This document shows positions 19,799 to 29,554 of a stretch of DNA of 64,000 nucleotides, one piece after another. Origin of the DNA: Candidatus Thorarchaeota archaeon (lineage in GTDB: Archaea; Asgardarchaeota; Thorarchaeia; Thorarchaeales; Thorarchaeaceae); the NCBI GenBank assembly GCA_048884965.1, contig JBHLQH010000003.1, positions 35,304-99,303 of the forward strand, written 5' to 3'. Made by a program: the position numbers and the translations under genes. The notes under the pieces are model-generated. The model was not told where the DNA came from. It searched no databases and was given only the letters and a program-made list of their open reading frames with translations. Each line of letters begins with the position of its first letter. Within the stretch, counting starts at the first letter, position 1.

Positions 19799-19860
19799 AG
19801 TATAGTATAGGTCCGTCTTGTACTAAAGGGTTTTTACTCTTGCATTTCGTCAACTTGGAA

Positions 19861-21081
19861 TCAAGAACGTTGAATCCTTGCCAATGGATCATGCAATACA
19901 TAGTCCTCATCGGTTCTCCACTCGCCATTGACATAATTCTCCTGATAGAAGAAATACGTCCTTGAAGCATCAAGCTGAAGTTGAAGCACGCTCGTATCCT
20001 GAGCGTGATCCCAAATCAATTCTGAGAGCTCCGGTGCTATTGACGGTGGAGTCATGCTATACAACAAGAACTCATCCGTATTGGAGAATGCCATGGTTTC
20101 AAAAGGCAAAGCTCCTGATGAGACAAACTTGTATAGCGTATCCGCTGATAGGTCTGAACCTTTCCTGAATCTACCTGTAACTAGTTGAGGATATGTCAAA
20201 TCGAACACACGTCTATCATAGAACAAAAGGTCTCTTGTCACTATGTGCTCTCTTAGTTTTGATATCCTACGAGAGAGAGTCGTTGAGTCTTTCTTGAATT
20301 CATCCTCTAGTTTTGAATCCTTAGCATATTCTGTGCTAATATGTGTCAATACAGGTTTAGAATTAATGGTAAGCTCTCGCAATAAACGAGCGTCAAGATT
20401 ATCGAAGTCATAGCTTCTCTCAGGAATAATTCTTGGTGCGGTGAACCCATCATTCACTTCTGAATGCTTCTTCCAGATGTGTTCGAAATCACTATAGTTC
20501 TTCTTTAGCCAGGATTTCTCCTTTTGTCCTATCTGCCATGCATCTCTCTTTTCGTCCCATTTTGAGAAATCAGCACTGCAGATGGATGAATGCATCTCAT
20601 CGACGATAACATACTTCGAGAAGTAGTCATCCTTCCTGAGTCCTTCAAGAAGCTTTTTCATCGACTGGCTAATCTGAGGGGGAATATCGAATTGGATGTA
20701 CAAAGACGATGACTCGCCATAGGCTGGCGCATAATAGTGCGTATACGGATGTTCATCACAAAGCATATTGAGCGCTTCGAGAGCCCGTCTATCCGGAATA
20801 CCTTTCAAGATGATATGTTGCCTGAGAAGTCCTAGTGCTCTTGGTTGATAGACTCCGTTTGATTCTGATTGCAGGCGTTCCCCCAGAACTGGATCCTTGA
20901 TAGTTCTGTTATCTCGTAGAAAACCCTTTGATTTCATGGCATGAATTCTGGATCTAACAGCTTCCGATGACAGATTTACAGTGCGTCCGATTTCCGCATT
21001 ACTCTGGAGAGGATTGTTCTTCAAGCTCAGAAAGATCTCATAGTCTTTCAAGTCTAGCCCATATACCCTCCAGGTAACCAT
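19861..21081 (-). CDS. Extended Lrp/AsnC-like transcriptional regulator (two wHTH)
   Basis: LDLKDYEIFLSLKNNPLQSNAEIGRTVNLSSEAVRSRI; second unit FDNLDARLLREL...TTLSRRISKL. Confidence 0.8.
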   Translation of the reverse strand: MVTWRVYGLDLKDYEIFLSLKNNPLQSNAEIGRTVNLSSEAVRSRIHAMKSKGFLRDNRTIKDPVLGERLQSESNGVYQPRALGLLRQHIILKGIPDRRALEALNMLCDEHPYTHYYAPAYGESSSLYIQFDIPPQISQSMKKLLEGLRKDDYFSKYVIVDEMHSSICSADFSKWDEKRDAWQIGQKEKSWLKKNYSDFEHIWKKHSEVNDGFTAPRIIPERSYDFDNLDARLLRELTINSKPVLTHISTEYAKDSKLEDEFKKDSTTLSRRISKLREHIVTRDLLFYDRRVFDLTYPQLVTGRFRKGSDLSADTLYKFVSSGALPFETMAFSNTDEFLLYSMTPPSIAPELSELIWDHAQDTSVLQLQLDASRTYFFYQENYVNGEWRTDEDYVLHDPLARIQRS

Positions 21082-21140
21082 TGTTTTTCACGTGTCCCTT
21101 TTTCCAATATGTACAAGATTTCCCAAAGTCGAACATTATA

Positions 21141-21674
21141 CTAGTAGACTCTAAAGGTAGGATCGCCGCCTTCACTACTCCCTGGTGGATCAAAGATACA
21201 GCTGCTTGTATCAAAGATGAAACTTGGAGTAATCATCAGTGCTGTTATGTCGATTCTATAATCGCCTGATTCTGTAGCATAGTTCAGGAATTCGTTATCG
21301 ATACGGATGTACTCATAGTCCGCCAAGAAGTATATCGTATAGGTGAATCTCGCCCCCGATGGCATGGTCAGGGTGATATCATAGTACACTTCATAGAACG
21401 AGTAGTATCCCAGATCAAAGAGTAAGATGACATGGATGTCGTTGTCGCACCCTCCTTGATCCAAATCTCCGTAGTAGGCATCATATATCCAGACCTGCAT
21501 GTAATCATAATAATAGACCGGCATTAGGGTCTGGGATGTAGGCCGAGCACATGCGGTCGGTGTGATCACAAGTGCAATGAACATTACAGCTACGACAGTC
21601 GTGATGAGAACTCTAGTAGGTCTTCTCGACTTTGAGTTAAGAACCCTCTTCATGAATACCTGCATAGCAAACAA
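21141..21674 (-). CDS. Secreted Tyr/Asp-rich hypothetical protein
   Basis: Signal/TM segment and beta-rich acidic domain. Start uncertain. Confidence 0.65.
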   Translation of the reverse strand: MFAMQVFMKRVLNSKSRRPTRVLITTVVAVMFIALVITPTACARPTSQTLMPVYYYDYMQVWIYDAYYGDLDQGGCDNDIHVILLFDLGYYSFYEVYYDITLTMPSGARFTYTIYFLADYEYIRIDNEFLNYATESGDYRIDITALMITPSFIFDTSSCIFDPPGSSEGGDPTFRVY

Positions 21675-21722
21675 CTCTGTGCCATCACTCCAAGTCCGTA
21701 TATATATTCGTTATGGGAAATT

Positions 21723-21778
21723 CTGCATGCAGTTATTGCATAATTTATATATATAATATCTTGCTATTACTGCAATAG
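21723..21778. promoter_or_regulatory. Palindromic TATA flanked by inverted operator-like repeats
   Basis: TGCAGTTATTGCA ... TTATATATATAA ... TGCTATTACTGCA, between divergent genes. Confidence 0.5.
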
Positions 21779-21901
21779 ATAACATGCCCTTCTTATAAGC
21801 AAAAAGGTTCTCTCCCCCGTTGACACTAGAGCGTTCTTCTCGCGTATCTTGTTTTTGTTCCTACAGTAACCGTTATAGAGCCTTCGTTTTCGGGTTCTTT
21901 C

Positions 21902-22201
21902 ATGCACGGAGAATCCAGAGGCAGGGGCTATTTCTGTACAATGGTGCGCGGTCCATGCAAGGGTGCCCTTTGTGACTTCTGGGCTCGAGCCAAGCTCAAG
22001 AAAACATCTGTACAGGAGCTAGTGATCCAAGCCCAAGAGAGTATCCATGAATGTGGCAAGGATAATGGTGGCGTATCTCTTGATGAAGCTCTTGCTCTTT
22101 TCTGGAAGGATTTCGGTGTAAAGTGTGTGAAAACTCTGTCTAGAGAGGAACCCGCCCTCTATCAGAAAATCAAGCAAGTAGAGGAAGAAGTGCTTGCATG
22201 A
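21902..22201 (+). CDS. Hypothetical protein with a C-x6-C-x4-C-x2-W motif
   Basis: FCTMVRGPCKGALCDFW. Confidence 0.6.
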   Translation: MHGESRGRGYFCTMVRGPCKGALCDFWARAKLKKTSVQELVIQAQESIHECGKDNGGVSLDEALALFWKDFGVKCVKTLSREEPALYQKIKQVEEEVLA

Positions 22202-22204
22202 TTC

Positions 22205-23698
22205 CTATTCAAAACTAGATTTCTTTGGTTTCTTCCTTTTTGTTCCAACAGGCAGCTGGAATGTGTGCCGAAGGCCATCCACAGTTGATAGTGTCTTGAC
22301 ATTTCTTCTAGTTTCAGCTAGTATGGCCTCAATTACGACCTTTTGATCCACTTCTCCAATTTCCTTGACGAAGGCTAACCGATGAAGAGAGTAGATACCA
22401 ATGATGATCGCTATTATAAAAAGGAAATCTAGGCTCTCAATCGGTACAAGATTGAAGACCATATTCATCCCATCCTGATTCTGCCATTCTAACTGTATGG
22501 TCAATATCTGACCAGCGAATAAGTCCGCCAGTAGACCACCTGCTATCGAGGCAAAGGCTCCTGCAACAGCGACAACTATTCCCTTTGCAGCAAGGTAGGA
22601 GGTTGCTTCTCCTCTAGGAGCGAGCTTCAATCCAATGTTATTTGTTGTCAGGTTCACACCAGCGGAGGATATGCCAGTTAGGATATGGATAATGATGAGA
22701 AGTGGGATGGTGACAAACTCAGATCCTGGCCGTGAGGCAGGGATTGTGAATATCCAGAGGAATGTTCCTATTACAAAGAGTGGAACTGCAACAAGAAGGA
22801 CTGATTTGTTGGTGAATCTATCCGCGAGCTTTCCCCAATATCTGAGGAACAATATGCTCATCATTTGCGTTATAGCTGCTACTCCTGTAGCGATGGGCAG
22901 CTCCAATTGAAGCTGTACAAGAAGATAGACTGTGAAGAATGGCCCCACCAAGGATGTACTGAATGTCCAGATCGCAGAAAATATCATGAGATTCCTAAAG
23001 TTATCATCCTTGTATGGTGATGCTAGAAGATCTGAGAATCCAACACGCTTCTCAACTGCCATCATCTTTGGTTCGGGAATCATACTGATGTAATAGACCG
23101 AAATCAGGCCAATGAGGAATGCGAGGAAGAAGAGAGTCGAGTATGCATAGACCGCTGTACTTGGACTACTTGACAACCAATATCCTACGAAGTACCCTCC
23201 GAGAACAGTAAATATGACTGCAATGATTGCTTGAAGTGCCATTCTATATGAGAAGAATTGTCCCATTCGCTCCTGTGGGACGATATCTCGCAATAAGGAG
23301 TTCCAGCTTGGAGAACCCAATGCTACGAATGCAGCCTGAGCTCCTACTAGAAGAAGTAATGCAAGAATACTGACCTCCCCGCTTGCAATGAAAGGTATCA
23401 GTGCCATGAGCAAGATAGTTATTCTACTTCCTAGTGTCGTTGTGAAGTTTATCAACCGACGATTTCGATATCTCTCCACCAAATAGATCGAAGGTACTTG
23501 GAGAAGTTGTGCGATATATGGAATTGCCGCGAGGATACCAATCACCGTATTTGGTGCCTGTAGGGCTAAGGCGAATGCGACAAGGAAGACACCTTCTGTT
23601 ATGGTTAGTTTTACCTGTGTTGCGAGACCCTGTTTTGTTAGGGCTTTGAGACCTTTCTCAACTTCCTCGCTAGTCAGTGTTTCCTTGGGCTTGAACAA
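22205..23698 (-). CDS. MFS transporter
   Basis: About 12 TM, WNSLLRDIVPQERMGQFFS, WGKLADRFTNK. Confidence 0.9.
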   Translation of the reverse strand: MFKPKETLTSEEVEKGLKALTKQGLATQVKLTITEGVFLVAFALALQAPNTVIGILAAIPYIAQLLQVPSIYLVERYRNRRLINFTTTLGSRITILLMALIPFIASGEVSILALLLLVGAQAAFVALGSPSWNSLLRDIVPQERMGQFFSYRMALQAIIAVIFTVLGGYFVGYWLSSSPSTAVYAYSTLFFLAFLIGLISVYYISMIPEPKMMAVEKRVGFSDLLASPYKDDNFRNLMIFSAIWTFSTSLVGPFFTVYLLVQLQLELPIATGVAAITQMMSILFLRYWGKLADRFTNKSVLLVAVPLFVIGTFLWIFTIPASRPGSEFVTIPLLIIIHILTGISSAGVNLTTNNIGLKLAPRGEATSYLAAKGIVVAVAGAFASIAGGLLADLFAGQILTIQLEWQNQDGMNMVFNLVPIESLDFLFIIAIIIGIYSLHRLAFVKEIGEVDQKVVIEAILAETRRNVKTLSTVDGLRHTFQLPVGTKRKKPKKSSFE

Positions 23699-23779
23699 CT
23701 ACAATATCCTCTGAAACATAATTGAACCAGTCTGCGAGGAGTATCGCCCCAGTATTTTAGTTTTGAGTTAGATTTAACG

Positions 23780-23822
23780 AAAAAAGTGAATGAAGGGCAT
23801 GAGAAGTTTCATAGCCCCTTCA
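23780..23822 (-). terminator. Hairpin plus T tract
   Basis: TGAAGGG/CCCTTCA stem, then TTCACTTTTTT on the minus strand. Confidence 0.55.
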
Positions 23823-23835
23823 TATCAGATTCTCT

Positions 23836-25482
23836 TTACTTGTCTGAGGGTACAGGGACCATGTTCCCTCTATTCAGCAGCCACTGCGGATCAAGAGCCC
23901 GCTTCACTGCTTGCATCTCCTCTATGCCTTTCTCTCCATACATTGCTTCGAGGAAGTCTCGCTTGAGCTTGCCAATACCGTGCTCAGCAGCCACGGTGCC
24001 TCCCAGCTCCACTGCTTTCTTGGCGAAGATCATGTAGTTCTCCATGCCTTGGTCAACCTCTTCATTGTTACGAGGAATCATGTTACAATGCAGATGATTA
24101 TTCCCAATGTGCCCAAAGATGACATACTCCATACCCTGGGCGTCAAGGATCTCACGATAGTATTTGATATAATCCCTTAGAGCTTCATCAGGAACTGCCA
24201 TATCCGTTCCAATCTTGTGCACCTTGTGGAACTGAGCCTTCCGCTGAGCTATAAGTCCGTTCACTGTTTCAGGAATGAAATGTCGTACTATCTTCATCTT
24301 TTCAAGCTCGGAACGTTCCATTCCCGCCCAGCTGGATTCGGATGAGCTGTTGTGTTTATTCAGTACCATTTCAAGGCCCATGATTTTCTCTTCCATGTTC
24401 TCTTCTGTGAACTCGAACTCGAAGAACACGATTGCTTTTGTTTGGTCCGTAAGTGCTGGAACCTTGATTCCCGCGGATGCTGCCTTCTCCTTGATCATTT
24501 CAATTGCATTGGAATCGTAGTACTCTAGAAAGTCCATCTTCACTGGGGAGTCTGGGGCGCGAATATCATAGACAAAATTCACTGCATCCTCCTCACTTGG
24601 AAAGAATGCTTTGACCGGCATGGTATTCTCTGGCAATGATACCAAACCAAGCTCGACAACAGTGATGACACCCAAGATCCCTTCGGAACCGATGAAAAGG
24701 TCGATTAGGTCCATGTCAGGCTTCGCATAGAGGCCTGCTGCATTCTTCGTGTTTGGCATCTGGTATGTAGGGACCTTCACCTCGATAATAGTACCATCAG
24801 CAAGAGTGACTTCGAATCTGCCATTGCTCGCATGATATTGCCCTCTCTTTATGTCGAGGATGTCGCCATTTGATAGCACCACTCTGACTCGTTTGACCCA
24901 TGGTCGAGTTGCACCATACTTGAATGTACGAGCACCGGACGCATTACAGGCAGTGATACCACCAATCCATGCACTCATTTCGGTGGGGTCGACTGGAAAG
25001 GTGTAGTCTTTCTGCTCACGTATGAATCTCTCCAGTGCCTTCTCATTCTCTGGCAATCCCTTTCCTTTGATTTCCTCAAGCTTCTTACTTTGCACTGCCT
25101 TGACTAGATCCTCTAGAAGCACTCCTGCTTCAGCGGCAATGGTGTACAATCCCTCACTCTCATCGAAGCCCATATAGAGAAGATCGTTCATCTTCTCAAG
25201 GTTCAATGTTAAACCTCCCATCGGGACTGCAGCACCTGTAAGTCCTGTTCTGCCTCCCTGAATAGTGACGGGTATTCCTTTCTGATGAGCATCCTTCATA
25301 ACAGCAGCAATCTGAGCCTCATTCACTGGAAACACGATTTGCTCTGTTTGCCCATCAAAGGAATGACTTTCGTCATCAAGATACAGAGCATAGGTTTCTG
25401 TGATGTCTGTTTGGTCATCAACCACCTTCATGTCTGAAAGGTCTGCTGCATCAGCGACTATCGCCTTTATCTGATTGGTCAT
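23836..25482 (-). CDS. FAD-linked oxidoreductase (GlcD / D-lactate dehydrogenase family)
   Basis: QGGRTGLTGAAVP, GSEGILGVIT, GHIGNNHLH, AEHGIGKLK. Confidence 0.92.
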   Translation of the reverse strand: MTNQIKAIVADAADLSDMKVVDDQTDITETYALYLDDESHSFDGQTEQIVFPVNEAQIAAVMKDAHQKGIPVTIQGGRTGLTGAAVPMGGLTLNLEKMNDLLYMGFDESEGLYTIAAEAGVLLEDLVKAVQSKKLEEIKGKGLPENEKALERFIREQKDYTFPVDPTEMSAWIGGITACNASGARTFKYGATRPWVKRVRVVLSNGDILDIKRGQYHASNGRFEVTLADGTIIEVKVPTYQMPNTKNAAGLYAKPDMDLIDLFIGSEGILGVITVVELGLVSLPENTMPVKAFFPSEEDAVNFVYDIRAPDSPVKMDFLEYYDSNAIEMIKEKAASAGIKVPALTDQTKAIVFFEFEFTEENMEEKIMGLEMVLNKHNSSSESSWAGMERSELEKMKIVRHFIPETVNGLIAQRKAQFHKVHKIGTDMAVPDEALRDYIKYYREILDAQGMEYVIFGHIGNNHLHCNMIPRNNEEVDQGMENYMIFAKKAVELGGTVAAEHGIGKLKRDFLEAMYGEKGIEEMQAVKRALDPQWLLNRGNMVPVPSDK

Positions 25483-25638
25483 AGTAGTTCCATTCCTTGA
25501 TATCTTATCGCGGTGATATGGAATTCACAATATCAAACTTCTCATATGACGTTTACTGAAGGTCGTTTCCATTTTGTAACTGCACCAATCGGATTAAAAC
25601 TAGATGTGTTGCACTCTAGAATAAGCGGAGGAAGCAGG

Positions 25639-26538
25639 TTGCGAATTGCTGCGATATCTGACATTCATGCACGACCCGACGGATTGGATGACGATTTGAT
25701 TCAAGCAATCCGACAACGGGTTGAAGAACTATCGCCAGATATCTTCATTATAGCTGGTGATCTTAGTGAAGAGATCATAGACCTTGAACACAATCTGAGG
25801 GTTTTGGCTCTTCCTCGGACAACAAATCTGTATGTAGCTGGGAACCATGATGTCTGGTTCGAAGAAGACCTTGGTCTAGGGTCGCTTGAGAAGTACTCGA
25901 AGACCATAGGAGAAGTATGCAAGAAGTCTGGATTCATGCATCTGCCTGATGAGCTCCATATTCAGGATGATATAGCATTTGTTGGCAGCATGGGATGGTA
26001 TGACTATTCCTTCAAACGTGATGATCTTGATATCCCTGAAGAGAACTACATAGAGAAGGAATGGAAAGGGTCAGTATGGAGAGATTACTACGCGATAGAC
26101 TGGCCGTATACTGACAAGGAAGCCACAAGCCTCTTTGATAGCAAGTTGAATTATGATCTAGAGACATTGCCTAAGGATATTAGGAAGGTCATTTTTGTTT
26201 CCCATCATCTACCGTTCAGGGATCTTACCCTATACAAGGACTATCTGCCTTGGGATTTCTTTTCTGCGTTCATGGGGTCCGTGAGTACAGGTGAGATCCT
26301 ACGCGAAGACAATCGAGTTATTCTGACAATCTCAGGTCATAGTCACATCCGAAGACGACATATCATTGACGAGATAACAGCCATTACTGTCCCTCTTGGA
26401 TATGGACGTCCTAATCAGGGAAAGTATTCATCCCTCGTAAATGATGCCATTGCAATCATTGAAATTGAGGATGGAGCAGCCAGGCTGGAGCACTTTGTCG
26501 AGGGGGATATATGTGAGGGATTACCTTACATATTCTAA
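25639..26538 (+). CDS. Calcineurin-like metallophosphoesterase
   Basis: SDIH, AGDLS, GNHD, SHHLP, GHSH. TTG start after GGAGG. Confidence 0.9.
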   Translation: MRIAAISDIHARPDGLDDDLIQAIRQRVEELSPDIFIIAGDLSEEIIDLEHNLRVLALPRTTNLYVAGNHDVWFEEDLGLGSLEKYSKTIGEVCKKSGFMHLPDELHIQDDIAFVGSMGWYDYSFKRDDLDIPEENYIEKEWKGSVWRDYYAIDWPYTDKEATSLFDSKLNYDLETLPKDIRKVIFVSHHLPFRDLTLYKDYLPWDFFSAFMGSVSTGEILREDNRVILTISGHSHIRRRHIIDEITAITVPLGYGRPNQGKYSSLVNDAIAIIEIEDGAARLEHFVEGDICEGLPYIF

Positions 26539-26644
26539 CTCAAGTTGTACGACACATTAATGAGCACGTCTGCATAACAGCCTCTTTACTAAATGGGTTT
26601 GAGCAAAGCTTCGGAACAACTATCCCCCAATTGGTGAAACAATA

Positions 26645-27985
26645 TTGGCACTTGACGCATTTGGAATATCAATCCTAGCAGTATTCGTTGGAACCTATAT
26701 CATCATTTCAACCGAGAAAGTAAACAGGACTGGGATGTCCCTGCTTGGCATGGGGATTGCAGGATTTGTGTTCTGGGCCTTCTTTTCTCTTGGACACCCT
26801 GCAACCGCTGGATGGGAGGAGCATGGTCCCTTCTATGAGCTGGTCATTCACATCGAATGGGACACGATTCTTTTTGTTACCAGTATGATGATCATCGTGG
26901 CAGTAGCAGGGGCATCAGGTATGTTTCAATACCTTGCTCTTAGACTTGTTCAACCGACTCAAGGTGATCAGCGAAGACTATTCATCACCTTTCTTGCATT
27001 CGTTTTTGCCATCAGTCTCTTCTTTGATACAGTATCGACAATGCTGATAATGTCACCATTGACCATCGAAGTATGTCGGGCATTGGATATAGATTTCAAA
27101 CCGTTCCTTGTTTCAGAAGCAATAACATGTAATTTCTCTTCGATTCCTTCCATTGTCGGAGCAGTGCCAAATTTGGTAATAGCGAATATCGTTGACTTGG
27201 AAGCTGGATTTCTCTTTATTGCGTTCATGCCCCTCTCTGTAATTCTCTTTTTGGTTAGTCTAGTAGTATTTCTAAAGTGGTACTCGAAAATATTTGGCGA
27301 AACTGAAGAACATCGTGTGGATGCCCTCTGTAATGTCAACCCTGAGCGCATGATAAAATCTCGAAGGGATTTCTATGCCGCAGTTGCAGCCATGGGAATC
27401 CTCATCGTGGGTTTCATGCTGGGACCTACGTTCGATCTTGCTCCTGCAATGTTCGCTTTGGTAATCGCAGCATTCTTTCTTATCCTCTCACATGATCGGG
27501 CCAATGCGTTTCTTACTGAAGTTGGATGGGACACTGTCTTTTTCCTCGTCGGACTTTTCGGACTAGTTGTGGCTCTAGGAACCGCTGGTTTGATCACTGA
27601 TTTGGGCAACTGGGTTCAGAGTGTGATTGGTGATAATGCAGTGATTGCAATCATCTTCATGGTCTGGATTCCAGCTATGCTATCCGCATTCCTTGATAAT
27701 CTTCCTGTTTCAGCCGTTCTAGCTCCAATAGCTGCTAATCCCGCGCTTCAGGCGGTGACTCCCGTCCTTCCTCTGGCTCTGATATTTGCTGTGAACATTG
27801 GTGGATACATATTCACTCCGTTGGGATCACCGGCGAATATGGTCGCCATTGGATTCTCTGAAAAGGAGCATGATCCAATCCCATTCATCGAATTTGTCAA
27901 GATAGGTACAATACTTGGTATGATTCATTTGACTATTGGTTCGGGATGGTTGCTACTGCTCAACTTCTTAATGGGCGCTGGATAG
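26645..27985 (+). CDS. ArsB/NhaD (P-protein-like) ion transporter
   Basis: IEWDTILF, VGAVPNLVI, SAFLDNLP, PLGSPANMV. Confidence 0.88.
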   Translation: MALDAFGISILAVFVGTYIIISTEKVNRTGMSLLGMGIAGFVFWAFFSLGHPATAGWEEHGPFYELVIHIEWDTILFVTSMMIIVAVAGASGMFQYLALRLVQPTQGDQRRLFITFLAFVFAISLFFDTVSTMLIMSPLTIEVCRALDIDFKPFLVSEAITCNFSSIPSIVGAVPNLVIANIVDLEAGFLFIAFMPLSVILFLVSLVVFLKWYSKIFGETEEHRVDALCNVNPERMIKSRRDFYAAVAAMGILIVGFMLGPTFDLAPAMFALVIAAFFLILSHDRANAFLTEVGWDTVFFLVGLFGLVVALGTAGLITDLGNWVQSVIGDNAVIAIIFMVWIPAMLSAFLDNLPVSAVLAPIAANPALQAVTPVLPLALIFAVNIGGYIFTPLGSPANMVAIGFSEKEHDPIPFIEFVKIGTILGMIHLTIGSGWLLLLNFLMGAG

Positions 27986-28054
27986 GAGCAACAGTTATTG
28001 TTATTGGGTAGTTTATCTTCTACAACTCTGTTTACTCAGGGAGAATGAATAGAC

Positions 28055-29350
28055 ATGGATGTCGTAGGCGGTCTCGTACTTGTTGTGTTTATTGGAACAT
28101 ACGTTGTGATATCCACAGAGAAAGTAAATCGAACTGCAACATCCCTGTTTGGCATGGGACTGGTTGGAATCATCTTATGGGCGGCTCTAGGTTCTCCGTT
28201 CCGAGTTCTCATCGAGCATATTGATTGGCATATCGTCCTTTTTGTTACAGCTATGATGATGATAGTAACAATAGCTTCGTCGTCTGGGATGTTCCAATAT
28301 TTAGCTCTTACATTTGCTCAACCAACTCGTGCAAACACAAGACAACTATTCATCGCATTTCTTGCATTTGTATTTGGTATATCATTGGTCCTTGACACAA
28401 CATCGACAATGTTGATAATGGCACCATTGACAATTGAACTGTGCAAGAGCCTTGAGGTTGATTTTAGACCTTTCCTAATATCTGAGGCTGTCGTTTGCAA
28501 TTTCGCTTCGATCCCTTCTATTGTTGGTGCTGTGCCAAATCTTGTCATTGCTGAACAAACGCTACTGGACCAAGGGCTTCTCTTTCTTACAGCAATGCCA
28601 CTCGCCATCATTCTTTTCTTCGTATCACTTCCCATCTTCCTACATTATTTCGATGTCGTACTACAACAAGGTGAGGAGGAACTGGTTGACCAACTACTTG
28701 TGATTAATCCGCAAGCGATGATTCGCTCACGTCGAGACTTCTACGCTTCTATTGTCGCTATACTAATCCTCATTGCAAGTTTCACTCTTGGACACTCTGT
28801 AGGACTGGCTCCCTCGATGATTGCAATAGTTGTGGCGTCCTTCCTTCTCATGTTCAGTAGAGAATGGGTGGATGATATCCTAAAGAAGGTGAATTGGGGG
28901 ACTGTCTTCTTTCTCATTGGTCTTTTCGGCCTCGTAGCTGCACTAGATCTTACTGGAATTATTGCTGAGATCGGCGAAGGGGTTCAATCATTCATCGGAG
29001 GTAACGAGTTCTTCGCGGTTGTGTTCATGATTTGGGTTCCTGGATTGCTGTCTGCTGTGATTGACAACATCCCAATTTCTGCTGTTGTTGCTCCTATTGC
29101 AGTCGAGTTAGCACCAATAAGCCCTCTACTTCCTATCGCATTGATATTTGCAGTGAATGTGGGAGGCTTTATCCTACCAATCGGATGCCCAGCTAATATC
29201 CTAGCTATGGCATTTGCCGAGAAGGAGCATAGACCAATATCTATGATTGAGTTTGCGAAGATTGCAACCCCATTGGGTTTCCTAATACTTGCCATAGGCA
29301 CAGGTTGGTTTCTACTTATAGCATATCTAATGAACCTAATAGGTCTTTGA
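28055..29350 (+). CDS. ArsB/NhaD ion transporter, tandem paralog
   Basis: Same motif set: SAVIDNIP, PIGCPANIL. Confidence 0.88.
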   Translation: MDVVGGLVLVVFIGTYVVISTEKVNRTATSLFGMGLVGIILWAALGSPFRVLIEHIDWHIVLFVTAMMMIVTIASSSGMFQYLALTFAQPTRANTRQLFIAFLAFVFGISLVLDTTSTMLIMAPLTIELCKSLEVDFRPFLISEAVVCNFASIPSIVGAVPNLVIAEQTLLDQGLLFLTAMPLAIILFFVSLPIFLHYFDVVLQQGEEELVDQLLVINPQAMIRSRRDFYASIVAILILIASFTLGHSVGLAPSMIAIVVASFLLMFSREWVDDILKKVNWGTVFFLIGLFGLVAALDLTGIIAEIGEGVQSFIGGNEFFAVVFMIWVPGLLSAVIDNIPISAVVAPIAVELAPISPLLPIALIFAVNVGGFILPIGCPANILAMAFAEKEHRPISMIEFAKIATPLGFLILAIGTGWFLLIAYLMNLIGL

Positions 29351-29356
29351 CAATAA

Positions 29357-29416
29357 GGCGGCGTCCGTTCTTGTCCATAGCCGCCGGGAGGACGAACAAG
29401 AACGAGACCGGACGCC
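29357..29416. other. GC-rich structured intergenic element
   Basis: GGCGTCCG/CGGACGCC, GTTCTTG/CAAGAAC, and alternative GGCGGC/GCCGCC pairings. Confidence 0.5.
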
Positions 29417-29554
29417 ATAGGTCATATAGATATTAGGTGAAGTTTCCTTTTGAAATTTATGAACCGAATATGATTTTTTAATCAATTCGCCTGAGATGCC
29501 GCTGCGAAAACTATCAAAAGGAGGCTTTATCCCAGCATACCAGAGGTATCAGTC

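Noticed and set aside
29357-29403. HDV-like ribozyme (P1, P2, GGG and CGAA occur in the right order)
   Set aside because: Only 6 nt are available where P3/L3 needs about 13
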